Source of the DNA: Octopus vulgaris
Lineage: Eukaryota
Assembly: GCA_951406725.2 (NCBI GenBank)
Contig: OX597823.1
Location: 76,384,001 to 76,448,000, forward strand
Reading direction: 5' to 3'
Length of the DNA stretch: 64,000 nt
The position numbers and the translations under genes are program-made. Every line of letters starts with the position of its first letter. Position 1 is the first letter of the stretch. Shown here one piece after another: positions 1-13,050 of this stretch. A model generated the notes under the pieces. It saw nothing but the letters and a program-made list of their open reading frames with translations. It was not told where the DNA came from and did no database searches.

Positions 1-353
1 CATACACACATGCATACTCACACGCACACACATACACATATATATATGTGTATGTATGTATCTATGTTATATATATTAGAGAACATTTTTTTTTCAAAAC
101 AATGCATCACAATAAAATCAAATACCATACATAATTGCTTAAGTCATCATATATGCAATGCCTTTGATGATATATTCAAGAGCCCTCTTTAGAAATGTCT
201 TTTTATGTTACTATCATATTTTCCTTTCTCAATTTCTGTAATTTTATACAATTATCAATATTTCAGGAAATAACACTACTTTACAACCACCAAAGAGAAA
301 TGTATAACTATAGAATATATATAACCATAAAGCATATGAATAAATTAATGTTA

Positions 354-396
<43 letters not shown>

Positions 397-426
397 CATA
401 CATACATACATACATACATACATACA

Positions 427-457
<31 letters not shown>

Positions 458-1321
458 CATCTTTATTGTGTTTGGTTTACAAGATGCTTGAAGTGAATTT
501 GTGTATTGAAACAAATCTTAGGGCCCTCCTAAGACACACAAAGCTATATATAAATGTGTGTGTATGTGTGCGTGAGTATATGTATGTATGTAGTATGTAA
601 TTATGTATGTATGTATGTATAATATAGACACTGACAGAGTAAGGAAAAGCAGACTGATAGAGAATGGTTGAGAGAAAATAATGTATATAGGTGCAGGAGT
701 GGATGTGTTGTAAGAAGCTTGCTTCTGTGCATGTGTATGTCAGTGTTTCCTTGACACCGAGAGGAGTCATGATGCTGGTGTTCAGCGTCATGAATTATTG
801 AACTAGTGAAGTTCAACTGCAAGGAATGACTTTTGTTTTTTGGGATTCAGTGGGGGTTTGTTGTTTGTTGTTGAGTTTTTTCTTTTCAAGCAAGAAATCC
901 TCACTGGATTCTGAGCATTTGTCAGCCTGCAGTTGGGTATAAGTATCTCACTTAGCAATGAGAAACAAGTTGTTTTGAAGGCGAGATACGCCTCCAAAAA
1001 CTGCGTACTTTATTGTCTTTGTACTCCTACTGCTGTGTTCCTGCTTCTATTTAGTTGGCCTGGAGTACAGGTGGCTGGAAGATGCTGTACAGTATTTTGA
1101 GAGCGTTTCCCATCTCCAAATATTGTGAAATTTTTTTACCAATTTTTGTATCAATTTATTGGTGAAATTTGTGAAGCTGTGTTCTGGTTGCCATGTTCCT
1201 GTTGCTATACCAGTTGGCTGGAAGATTGAAGTCGCTGTGTTTTGGACTGTTTTCTTCCGTTCTTTCCTTTTTTGTGTTTTAGTTTTTGGATTTTTTGTGT
1301 GAACTTTTCTTCTTCCAAAAC

Positions 1322-1633
1322 ATGGAAGAAGAAACGAACACTGTGTAGGAGTGGGAGATTATCCCACACTAACACTGGTTAAAAGACTTAGAGGAAAGGA
1401 CGGTGGTGTTGAGTACATATTCAAAGTCACTTAACACCATCACCATCTTTCCTAAAATCGAAATAGAGAAAGAGTCGGCAGAGCATCTGCCAACTATAAA
1501 GTTTATTTCTAAGGGTGTCAAGTATGCAACTGTATGGCAGCTATTTGACTCCCCTGAGGTGGCTTGCAAATTTGCAAGCCAGCATTTGGAGGGCCAGGAG
1601 ATCCTGTTTCTTCCCACATATTGCGGAAACTAA
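1322..1633 (+). pseudogene. Degenerate retroelement ORF1-like fragment (possibly L1/Tx1-type)
   Basis: Non-repetitive reading frame ...KFISKGVKYATVWQLFDSPEVACKFASQHLEGQEILFLPTYCG with upstream in-frame stops; resemblance to LINE ORF1 is from memory only. Confidence 0.3.
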
Positions 1634-2146
1634 TTATAGGCAGTCATTAGACTTACATAATTGATTTTTGAAAGGTGATAGATTGACAATCTTACAAAAG
1701 ACATCAGAAAATGCAGTCTTCAAGATCAGGTGGTTATGTCCGCAATGTCATTGATCATAAGTCTGTTTCATCAAAACCGATCTTAAGTGTAAACAATATT
1801 TAGTTTTAAGTGTGGCTCATTAGTTTTTATGATGTTTTTTCTTTTTGTTTAGAGCTATTTTCCTCACCCTCTTGTGTGTGTGTGTTTTGTGCCTTCTGTT
1901 ATGTATGTAAACTTTAAAGACCATTAGTCATTCTAGAAGTCGTGCAACAACTCTTACTGAAAAGCTATAAAAATTTCATTATTGTCCAGTATGTAACACT
2001 ACATGCTTCAATGAACTGATGCTTCCTATTTATATACACCCAAACAAAACATAAGTGTATATAATATACATACATACATTCCTATATATATATATATATA
2101 CATACATATATATAAAATATATACATACATATATATATATGTACAT

Positions 2147-2196
<50 letters not shown>

Positions 2197-2249
2197 GCAG
2201 GCTTATATGTATATCTACATATATATGCATATGGGCATTTGTGTGTATG

Positions 2250-2288
<39 letters not shown>

Positions 2289-2792
2289 CATCTATATAAC
2301 TGTTATCCTCCATCAGACATCAGTAAACAAGAGTCTGGGGAAGCTCTTTCACTCAAGTCTAAATTTTCGTTGTCATTTAAGTATTCAAGAAAGAGTTTGA
2401 AACTTGGTTCACTAATGCTGACAAGTCAGGTCTGCCTGCCTGCCTGCCTGTCTGTCTGATTATAGGACAGCAGTTACCACTGTGCAACAAAGAACATGAG
2501 AAATAACAAATAGCTGCTTTCATTGAGTATGCTCAATGGAGAAATCAAGATACAGAAACTCCAGGGACCAAAGATGTCATCAATGGGTATCTGGGAGACA
2601 AGAGAGGACACAGAAAGGTAGAGATCGTGGTTCAAAAGACAAAGTCATTTCTCAGGCAAAATGTGTCATGGTTTCTGACAGAAAGGCTTCCTAAAGACCC
2701 AGACTGACAAGGCCCAGGGCATGGAGAGATATCTCATCCTTTCAGAATAGACCTGACCCGTGCATTTTCTTTTATTCTTTTACTCTTTTATT

Positions 2793-2824
<32 letters not shown>

Positions 2825-2825
<1 letters not shown>

Positions 2826-2958
2826 CGGGCTTCTTTCAGTTTCTGTCTACCAAATCCACTCACAAGGCTTTGGTTGGCCCAAGGCTATAGTAGAAGACAC
2901 TTGCCCAAGGTGCCATGCAATGGGACTGAACCCAGAACCATGTGGTTGGTAAGCAAAG
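2825..2958 (-). mobile_element. SINE family A, partial 5' portion
   Basis: Matches the copies at 35088-35497 and 43605-44010 (ccttgggcaagtgtcttctactatagcc...gtgagtggatttggtagac). Confidence 0.8.
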
Positions 2959-4179
2959 CTCAAACAGTGGTGTGGAGGGGCATTGGCAAGATAGGAGAGT
3001 GTGCACCAATACACAGTAACTTTGTTAATCATCATGTAGACAGTCTTCCATCATGACCGAACTCTTCCCCTGTCTGTCTCTGATACACGTCCTGATACTC
3101 TTCCTGACTGAAGAAATAAAGAGGGTGAGAGAGAGGTAGACAGATAGTCAGACAGAAAACAGTCTCCTCTAAGCAAGGACCACTATAATATCTCAGCAAT
3201 CACCCAAAATTCCTTGCAAAAAGTCCACAGTCATTGTTGCTATGAACAACTGATTTTGTCAAAGCATTTACTGAGAGCTTAGCACTGTATCAGCACATTG
3301 CTATTCCCTGAAGAAGTCAATTAAATTTTTGGAAATTTGAAATAAATCACGTGCACAACAAACACAAGGGTTGGCCTTCTCTGCACAGCTTCTAACAGGT
3401 ATTTGTGTCTCAATTTGGGAAAATAGCTTTAGTTTTCACATTACATAGAATCAATATCACTTTGATCAAATATGATCATTGCATCTGAAGCAACAAAACA
3501 ACTGATCATGCAGAAACATACAGCACACCAGGCGAAAGGCTTAGTAGTATTTCATCTGCCATTACGTACTGAGTTCAAATTCCCCCGAGGTCGATTTTGC
3601 CTTTCATCCTTTCGGGGTCGATAAATTAAGTAAGTACCAGTTATGCACTGGTAATAAATTCCTTTTGTCTGTCCTTGTTTGTCTCCTCTATGTTTATTGT
3701 GAGCAATAAAGAAATAAGAAACATACAGCACTCTGAGAAGAGCGTATTGTCAAAGCGAATGAGACACAATATACAAACTATCAAGAACTGATCCAGAAGG
3801 GCCAAACTAGAAGACTGCAGATGCTTAAGACGCTTGCTCTTTGAAGTCCTCACTCAATTGCAGGAATGGAGAAGAAGAGGGGCTGTCCAACATGTAAGTA
3901 CAGCTGGCTGGAGAGAAAGATATTAGATTATTTTATAAGGGCAGGTCCAAGGGTTGTTACAGATAGGATGAAAGTCAGGGCTTTCTCAACACCATTTGGT
4001 TCACCTGAGCAAGCTGTCTAATGTAAAAAGACAGAAAACACCTGATGAACCCACGTTGCAGCACTGATGAAATGCTCTTCTAGTAGGTATAGTACTTGTG
4101 TGCTGCAATTTCGCACATATATATGTATGCTTAAGTATAAGCCAATATAAAATTTATACATAAATATCTACATACATAT

Positions 4180-4232
<53 letters not shown>

Positions 4233-4582
4233 TATTTAATGTCCATTATCTATGTTGGCATAGGTTGTACAGTTTGACCAGAGCTGGCAAGCTGGAGAAC
4301 TGCACCAAACTCCAGTCAGATTTGGTTTAGTTTCAACGGCTGGGTGTCCTTCCTAATGCCAACCACTTTACAGAGTATACAGGGTGCTTTTACGTACTTT
4401 TATGCATTTAACATACTCACCAATGCTGCTGAACGATTTTCATCCCCGTTGATATGTTTTAACACTGGACAATAGTGTAACATGTATGCAAAGTTTCATG
4501 AATATTGGTTCGCTGGTTTAGGCACAACGATAGACAGATCAAAACTACCATATGTATGTGTATATATATATATATATATATA

Positions 4583-5712
4583 TAAGAAAATTTGTTGTTG
4601 AAAATGCACCAAAATTTGAAAAACTTGTAATTTCTTTTAAATAAATTTATTTACATACATACCAAACTAGCTTCAACAATATTTTTTATTTATCCGTGGT
4701 AAAAATTCTGAATTATGTATTAGAAAAATACATGTTTGAAGGTTTCAATGTTTACAAGTTTCAATAATATAAAATATGATTTAAATGTTCATAACATTCA
4801 ATAATATAAAAAATTCAATAGTGTTAGTAGTAATCGATAAGAAATGTGGAGCATCAAAGTTTCGGTCATACTGAGCTAAAAGGGAGAAAACAAGGGAGAA
4901 ATGATACTAAAAAAGGGTTTGGTTTACAGTTTCTGTGATTCTTTTTTCCGTCGTTTTCAGGGACTTTCGCTTGTAACGGCGTTTTTTGGAATCCGGTGTA
5001 TTTATAATTTTTTTCTATGAACGGATCAGATTTTTGATTCGTTAAAGAACTAGAGACGTCTTATTTTTCTGGTGGTCGATTTTGTCGTTCTGCCTGGTTG
5101 GCTTCCATGTGAGGGACGGTCATCAGCCGTTCCACTTCGTTGATTCTCTAAAAGGGTCGTGCTGTTGTATTTGCTGAAGTTCAGTTTTGATCGGAGGTAA
5201 AATTTCATTGGTCTAGAGTTAGGTGACGTCAGCAACTGGTGTTTGTATGGTGTTATTGTGTGGGGATTTGAATTTGCAGTTTCGAAACCCACGTGGGAAG
5301 TCTGTCACTTAAGTTCTTTGAATTATGTCTGTTGTATCTGGCTGCTTTTTGTGTGGATAAATTCGGTCTCTTTTACTTTTTCTCTTTGGTGTTTTTTCGT
5401 CTTTCTAAGGGATATTCAGCTGTGGTTTATATTTTGTAATGAGCATGTTTCCTTATTTAAACGGAATTGGGTTGAAGTGCTTCGGTGCATTGATAGAGAG
5501 GGAAGATTTGGTATTTCGGGCATTAGTCTAGGTGTTTGCTTACAGCTAATTTTCCTGGTCGTGAGGTCCTGGATTTGTTGCCTGTGTACCGTTAGTCTGT
5601 CCCTCTGCTTTGAAGGACTTAACCTATGTTCGCAAATTTGAAGGGTGCGGTGGAGACTACATAGGTCAAACTAGTTTGACCTTGAGGGACAGACTAACGT
5701 ACATAGGCAACT
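4583..5712 (-). mobile_element. 5'-truncated Penelope-like element: GIY-YIG C-terminal part plus 3' region, with an inverted 5' piece
   Basis: Plus strand 5616-5700 encodes DLTYVRKFEGCGGDYIGQTSLTLRDRLT (GIY-YIG motif). Minus strand from ~5606 encodes RDRLTVHRQQIQD then (frameshifted) LAVSKHLD...FPLYQC. The element's end abuts (TA)n at ~4582. Confidence 0.7.
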
Positions 5713-7889
5713 ATCGTTCTGTTTTCATGTAAGGGAACTCTTACTTCATGCACCCTTGAAAGTATGATGCAAACTAATGATATGCTGACAGGAGTTGAGA
5801 CAACTACAACTCTGCTCCCAGAAACTAATTTTCAAATATACCAATTATAAACAAATGATTAGATATACGCTTGTACATGCACATAACATATATATCACTG
5901 GGCTACGAACCAAATGCTCTCACAAGGCTTTGATCAACCTGGGGCTATATTAAAAGATTACATTAAAACACATATATCCAAGATATCACTCCGTAGAAAC
6001 GAACTCTAAATCATGTTGTCGAAATTTACGAACATTTACACATAGAGTTGTGTGTGTGAGCATACAGATGCATAGATGTATGCATACATACATACATACA
6101 TACATACATACATACATACATACATACATACATACATACATACATACACACATACATACATACATACATACATACATACATACATACATACATACATACA
6201 TACATACATACGTTTACATGCATGTTTACATTTGCGATTCTCTGAAAAATTCTCTTAACTAAAATCGGTGATATTGTCATTTTCCCTGTAAACAAATCAA
6301 CCACTGGCTTTGTATTTGCGAAGACGTTTATAGTAAGTTATTCCTAATTTGGAAAATAGGTAAAAGTTAGTCAATGATATGGCCATCAGCTATACAATAA
6401 TGCATTGATTATAGATTTTGTCTAACTCAAGCTAGCATGCAAATCGAACATAGGAATGAATATACGTACATATATATGAACATTTTTTAAACAAAAACCG
6501 GGGAGATTAGAAATCCAAACGGGCCCTTATAATGTAAAATTACAAGATGTATAACTTGATAAGATATTTCAACAACGTTCAGAAAACACACAAATGAATA
6601 TATGATTATGTTTATATGTCATTCTGGGGCATTTTCTTTCAGTATTGTACAACCAAATTTTCTATATGATCCACGGTAACATGGCTTTTAAACAAATCTT
6701 TGTAGCTACATAGGTTCCCATCTTAAGTTTTGTTTACCTTCAGTTAAATCATATGCCTTTTGAATAATGTAACTAAAACCTACAACTAATTCAACATCAA
6801 CTTAGCGATACGTTTGCTCTTTCTTTTATTTCGTTTTCTTAGTATTTGCTTTGTTTGATTTAGCTAATATCTCAAATTAGCGGTAATTATACCTCAACAA
6901 AATAGGTTTATTGTTTAAGAGGTTTCCACGATCATATTTCTTATGAAATAAACTACCTACGTATTTTAATTAATTTTGAAAATAATGGAACGATTTTGTA
7001 CATTAAAATTTTCGTTGTGAAATAGCTTTTCCTTTTGTTTCGTTTGTGTTTTTGAACGTAACAATAAGGTTTCTTTCTGCAAAATTATTATGGAAAGCTT
7101 CAATTTCAAAACAGATACTCGAAAATGGTGGAATTGTTTTATAGAAACATAAGTGTACTCTAGCATATTGATACTAGAAATGTTAAAGAGAAATTCCCTG
7201 TCTGGAAGCGAAGCAATGTAGACGATTAACTTCATTCTATTGAATAACCATTGAATATTGTATTGACCTTTCTCTCTCTCTCTATCTCTGTCTTACTAGC
7301 AGGGTGATTGATAAATTATACTCTAGAGTGATATGAACTTAGAGCCCAAAGAATCAAAACTAAATATTGTAATGCAATTTGGTTCAACACACTATACATT
7401 TCTGACAATTCACTGACATTTTGTACCTCATGAATAATAAATAAGAAACAAATCCCAAGGAACAGAGAAAGTTTCCGCTGCATTATTGTTATCAGAATCG
7501 TTGTTGTTGCTGTCACGGATCTACTGGATAGGATACATTCAACAAAAGAGACAACTATTCTGTTTTTATCTTTGATTTTGCTCTTTAGTCCTTGCAGGTC
7601 ACAAATTACTGCAGCCAGAAGTCATACATCCGTACACAAACATAAATTCTGTCAAACTAATTTTCTAGGCTGTCTGTACAATGGATATGTGAATACATGC
7701 TTTTACAAGATAGATCTTTTATTTATAGCACATAATGACAAGAGATTCGGAGAGATAAAGACAGATAGAGGATTCGCGGGGAAGGGGTATTGTGCAAAAA
7801 AAAATGAAAGTAAAAAAAAATGATAAAAGAGCTAAATCTCCATACACTAACATAGCAAACACTACTACCGAGATGCTGATGGTGAGGAT

Positions 7890-8083
7890 GAGGATGGAGA
7901 TGATGATGGTGGTAGTCGCGGTTGTCGTCATCGTCACCGTTATTATGGTGTTGATGGTGGTAGTTTTTGAGGATAATGATGAAGTGGTGCGGATATTAAG
8001 GATTACTACAACAAGAATGAAGTTGCTAACGATGTACACAAAGCGATTGGAATATCGGTCCATAGTCGTTATTATTATTATCC

Positions 8084-8120
<37 letters not shown>

Positions 8121-8188
8121 CATTATTATTATCATCATCATCATCAGCATCATCATCATCATCATCATCACCACCACCATCATCATCC

Positions 8189-8279
<91 letters not shown>

Positions 8280-8745
8280 CTATCATTATTATTATTACTC
8301 TTAGCATCATCGTCGTCGTCGTCGTCATCATCATTATTGTTATCGAGGCAGTGAACTGGTAGGGTCGTTAGAACACCGGGCGAAATGCCTAGCGATATTT
8401 TGTCAGCCGTTACGTTCTGAGTTCAAATTCCGCCGAGGTCGACTTTGCCTTTCATCCTTTCAGGGTCGATTAAATAAGTACCAGTTACGCACTGGGGTCG
8501 ATGTAATCGACTTAATCCCTTTGTCTGTCCTTGTTTGTCCCCTCTCTGTGTTTAGCCCCTTGTGGGTAGTGAAGAAATAGGTATTTTGTCAGCCTATATA
8601 CTCTAGATTCAAATGTCACCGGGGTTAACTTAGCCTTTTATACTTCCGGATTCGATAAAATGAGTACCAGTGAAACACTGGTGTCCATGCAATCGACTTC
8701 TGTCCCTCTCACCAAATTTCAGTCCTTGTGCCTATAGCAGAAAGG

Positions 8746-8804
<59 letters not shown>

Positions 8805-8831
8805 CATTATTATCATCATCATCATTATCAT

Positions 8832-8872
<41 letters not shown>

Positions 8873-8887
8873 TCATCATCATCATCC

Positions 8888-8938
<51 letters not shown>

Positions 8939-8986
8939 TATCATCATCATCGTCATCGTCATCATTATCATCATCATCATCATCAC

Positions 8987-9046
<60 letters not shown>

Positions 9047-9115
9047 CATCATCATCATTGTCATCGTCATCATCATCATCATCGTCATCGTCATCATCAT
9101 CATCATCATCATCAC

Positions 9116-9175
<60 letters not shown>

Positions 9176-9200
9176 CATTATTACTGTTACTATTATTGTC
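7890..9200. repeat. Compound trinucleotide microsatellite field (ATT/ATC/CAG/GTC)
   Basis: Direct inspection; source of the poly-I/L/Y/S/M/N/D ORFs. Similar fields at 14845-15060, 18935-19125, 30990-31480 and 61110-61238. Confidence 0.95.
8345..8745 (+). mobile_element. SINE family B, composite (head-core-tail1 followed by a second core and tail2)
   Basis: Head with B-box-like GAGTTCAAATTCC, core gactttgcctttcatcctttc.gggtcgat...aagtaccag present twice; same family as 63637-63867. Confidence 0.8.
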
Positions 9201-9631
9201 GTTTTGTTGTTATACCGTTATTGATTTTAATGAAAGGGAAGAGAGGCTAGTAATAACATCTAGATCAACAAATAAAGGATATAAATAATTTTATCTACCA
9301 CAAGGGTATTAATTTTCCATGAATAAATCAACAAAATTGAGATAATTTTTTTTTTATTCTTTCCATTCGGGGGGATTTTAAACAAATTCCTGAGCACGTG
9401 ATACTACTTAAAATGGTGGACAAACAAATTTATATGTATATTCTTTATGTTTAGTATTTGATCATGCAGCAAGGGTGACTACGTTGTTTAAATCAATATA
9501 ACACTCAACACGATAACTAGTTTAACAAATTATGTAATATAAATAAATGTGTTTGTGTTTGTGTATGTGTGTGTCTGTCTGTCTTTCTCTGTCTCTGTTG
9601 CTCTCTCTCTCTCTCTTTCTTTATATGTGTG

Positions 9632-9670
<39 letters not shown>

Positions 9671-9673
<3 letters not shown>

Positions 9674-9879
9674 TCGCCATGATAGACCTCGGTAGCCACT
9701 ACACTCATTTTTTTCTCCTTGTTTCTCTCCTTGTTTTTTTCTGTGTCCCTTTCTGTAGAAGAGCGTAGGCTCGAAACGTAAAAGACTTTTTCAATTCCTG
9801 AGCGTTATACTAATACAACCGTTTGTTTTGTACACCACCTGTCTTCATCTTTAGATTTTCTTTCGTGAACTCTTTCCCC

Positions 9880-9880
<1 letters not shown>
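9671..9880 (+). mobile_element. PLE pLTR-like stub with minimal hammerhead-like motif
   Basis: 9749-9784: cttt-CTGTAGA-a-gagc(gtag)gctc-GAAA-cGTA-aaag; flanked by (TA)n on both sides. Confidence 0.55.
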
Positions 9881-9956
<76 letters not shown>

Positions 9957-9960
<4 letters not shown>

Positions 9961-11240
9961 CAAAATGTTCCTAGAATAGTTCTGTAGCGAGCCAACAGTG
10001 GCCTGCACATGGTTACATACGCAGTGAGAGCTGACAGTGACCTTTATGAGGCAGTGTGTGCAGATTGACATTGCTGTGTTTACTTCGCAAGTTGGGTAAT
10101 TTGTGTTTTTGTGATCACGTGTATGCTATAGTCTGCGGTTTTGTCAGAGACATGAAGTTGGGAGGAAAGAGCCAGCCAGAAATTTTGCGTTACACTTGGG
10201 AAGTCTGCTACAGAAACATTGAGCATGGGTTATACACAATACTTCGTGTGGCACAGGCGCTTTAAGAGCGGAAGAACGTTTCTGGAAGAGGATGAGCGAT
10301 CTGTAAGACTCATCACGAGCATCGCACCCGAAATGTGGAGAAAATTTATCAGCTTCAACATAAGGATCATTGGAGGGCAATCAATGACATTGCTGATGTT
10401 GTTGGGATTTCGTATGGGTCCGTGCAAGCAATCCTAGCGTCTGAATTGAACGTGTGACGTGTTTCCACCAAGTGTGTACTCCACCTGCTGACCACTGAAC
10501 AGAAAGAACATCGTGTCGAAGTCTGTCAAGATTTCCCTCAGCATGCCGCTGATGACCCGTCCTTCGTGTCGAGGATTATCACCAGTGACGTGAATTTGGT
10601 CTACAGATACGAGCTCGAGATGAAACAGCAAGTGTTGAAATCGTAGAGCCCTTGATCTCCACGACCCAAGAAAGCACAACAAAGCCGTAGATCAGTCAAG
10701 AGCATGCTCATCGTTTCTTTCGACATTCGCGGTATTGTGCATCGAGAATTCTTCACCCAAGGCCAGACCGTAAATCAAAGGTTCCACTGCGGCGCTTTGA
10801 AGCGTTTAAGGGGGACATTCGGCGAAAATGACCGAATCATCGGGACGCGAGGAATTGAATTCTTCGCGACAACAATGCTCTCTGTCACCGAATTCTCCTC
10901 GCTCGTGAGTTTCTCGCCCAAAACAACAGGCTATTGCTTCTGCACCTGCACTGTTCACCAGATTTAGCACCCGCAGACTTCCATCTCTTCCTCAATATGA
11001 AAATGCAGCTCAAAGATTGCCGTTTGAACACCGTTGTCGAAATCCAGAACGAATCACAGAAGTGCGTCGACTCGCTTACGGAAAACTATTTTCAAGCCAG
11101 ATTCCAATAACGGCAGGAGCGCTGACACTGGGGTATTGCTGCACAAGGTGACTGCTTCCGAAGGAAATGTTAAAACTAAGATAAGTTATTTTTTTTTAAA
11201 TTAAACATAACTAGTCCGGGAGCATTTTGATATCACTTCT

Positions 11241-11242
<2 letters not shown>
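9957..11242 (+). mobile_element. Decayed mariner (DD34D-type) DNA transposon
   Basis: Broken transposase: WHRRFKSGR..LEEDERS, IITSDVNLVYRYELEMKQQ, MLIVSFDIRGIVHREFFTQGQTVN, SPDLAPADFHLF. Partial TIRs atcaaaatgttcctagaatagtt (9959) and aactagtccgggagcattttgat (~11209-11231), ending at TA. Confidence 0.9.
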
Positions 11243-11272
<30 letters not shown>

Positions 11273-11609
11273 TGTATGTATGTATGCATGCATGAGTGTG
11301 AGTACACAAACACACGCATAAATACTGGAAGTAATGCCAAAGTGGGCATTTTATTTTAACTAATATAAGTGATTCAAATGTTGAAACTAATTGTTGCAGT
11401 GTAGTAACTGTTCTTCCTCCTCGTCGTCATTGCAGAATAATAATAGCTTCTGAGGAAAGGTAACGCTTCTCCAACGTCCACAGAAAACTTATGAGTTGTT
11501 AATGGAGAGGACACGATTGAGAAAAGCAGTGTGCACAGATGAAGGAACAATATTAACAAAGAGGGAAACTAACATTCAAGACATACCATAATATGAATCC
11601 CTAGAGAGT

Positions 11610-12290
11610 GGACAAATCAATTTACACAGACAAACACAGTGAGTTTGCTGCACAAATGTGTTGTTCGGCAGTTGGCATCCGATTTGAAGGAGTAAAAAGT
11701 GGAAGCTACTCCGATCTACTAGAAATTCTTTAAGCGTATAATGACATGTTTATTTTTGACCTGGTTACATGAAGTGAAATATGGCCATCTTGTTATGACC
11801 TGAAAACAAAGATTAGGTGTATGGAATGGTGTCACACTCCATCTGCAAATCCTAAGACTTTCAAAGGCCACTGTTTGGCACAGGAAGCCATGATGACTTT
11901 TTGGCAAAATTGCAAGAACGTTATTCTTTCAGATTGGCAGAAACGTTAGCACGCTGGGCGAAAAGCCGAGCGGTGTTTCGTCTGCCGCTACGTTCTGAGT
12001 TCGAATTCCGCCGAGATCGACTTTGCCTTTCATCCTTTCGGGGTCGATTAAATAAGTACCAGTTACGCACTGGGGTCGATATAATCGACTTAATCCGTTT
12101 GTCTGTCCTTGTTTGTCCTCTCTTAATCCGTTTGTCCGTCTATGTGTAGTCCCTTGTAGGCAGTAAAGAAAAAAGATTTTGTGGAACATGGTTGTATTGT
12201 TGTACTGTTCACAATCAACAGTACACGGAGACATTAAAAAAGTTAAGAGAAAGAAATCCCACAAAACTCTTAAAACGATCCATGTACCCT
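11610..12290 (+). mobile_element. Second, older mariner transposase fragment interrupted by a SINE
   Basis: CYDLKTK and MEWCHTPSANPKTFK...MMTFW resemble mariner YDPETK..SMEW..PKK...VM.TVFW; SINE B sits at 11933-12172. Confidence 0.55.
11933..12172 (+). mobile_element. SINE family B
   Basis: Near full match to 63637-63867. Confidence 0.85.
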
Positions 12291-12849
12291 ATGAAAATGT
12301 TGCTGACATGTGTGTGACATAAGACACACACAGCTTTGACAATATATCAGGTAATCGACAAATTAACAGCACAATAGTTTTCCATCTACCTTACGGTGAA
12401 AGATCTAAAATCCTCTGACTCAATCTTGCTCAGTTAATAAACAATGGTTACAGGGAACAATGTTTTGATGAAACGAAACTGGCCGCGAAGAATCCACTCA
12501 CAAGGCTTTGGTCGGCCCGAGACTATAGTAGAAGGCACCGCAATTCATCGTATAGTTTCCCACCTACGAGGGAGCGATACAGGATGTGTCGAAACGATCG
12601 TTGTGATAAAGTTTCCAGTATACTCTATCTTCCGTATCCATTATTTTTACTATACTCAACATGCACTGAGGAATTCCTAATGTAGATCCAGCGACGATCA
12701 TGCAGTTATCGCGGTTGACGCCAGGTAGCTATAAGCAGTGGACATGCTTTGTCGGCATAATACTAGGGACAACACACAAAGTTTAAATTTAAGGTCTAAT
12801 TTTAACTTTTATTTATAGTGAGGCATTTAAATCTTAATTTAAAATTTTA

Positions 12850-13050
12850 ACACAAGGGCAGCATTTTCGAAGGAAGGGGTAAATTACTTTCATTGACCCC
12901 ATTGCTCAACTGGTACTTATTTTATTGACTTTAAAAGGATAAAAGGCAAAGTCAACCCCAGCAGTATTTGAACTCAGAGCGTAAACACACCGGAAATGTT
13001 ATTAAGTATTTTGCCTGACGTGCTAATAATTCTGGCTGCTCACCACCAGA
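12850..13050 (-). mobile_element. SINE family B (older, tail2 type)
   Basis: Reverse complement of core: actggtacttatttt...aaaggataaaaggcaaagtcaacc...atttgaactcagagcgt. Confidence 0.7.

Noticed and set aside
7719-9288. Long ORFs of poly-I/L/Y/H/Q/S/M
   Set aside because: Translations of trinucleotide microsatellites; the same applies to the YI/HT/VC-repeat ORFs throughout the window.
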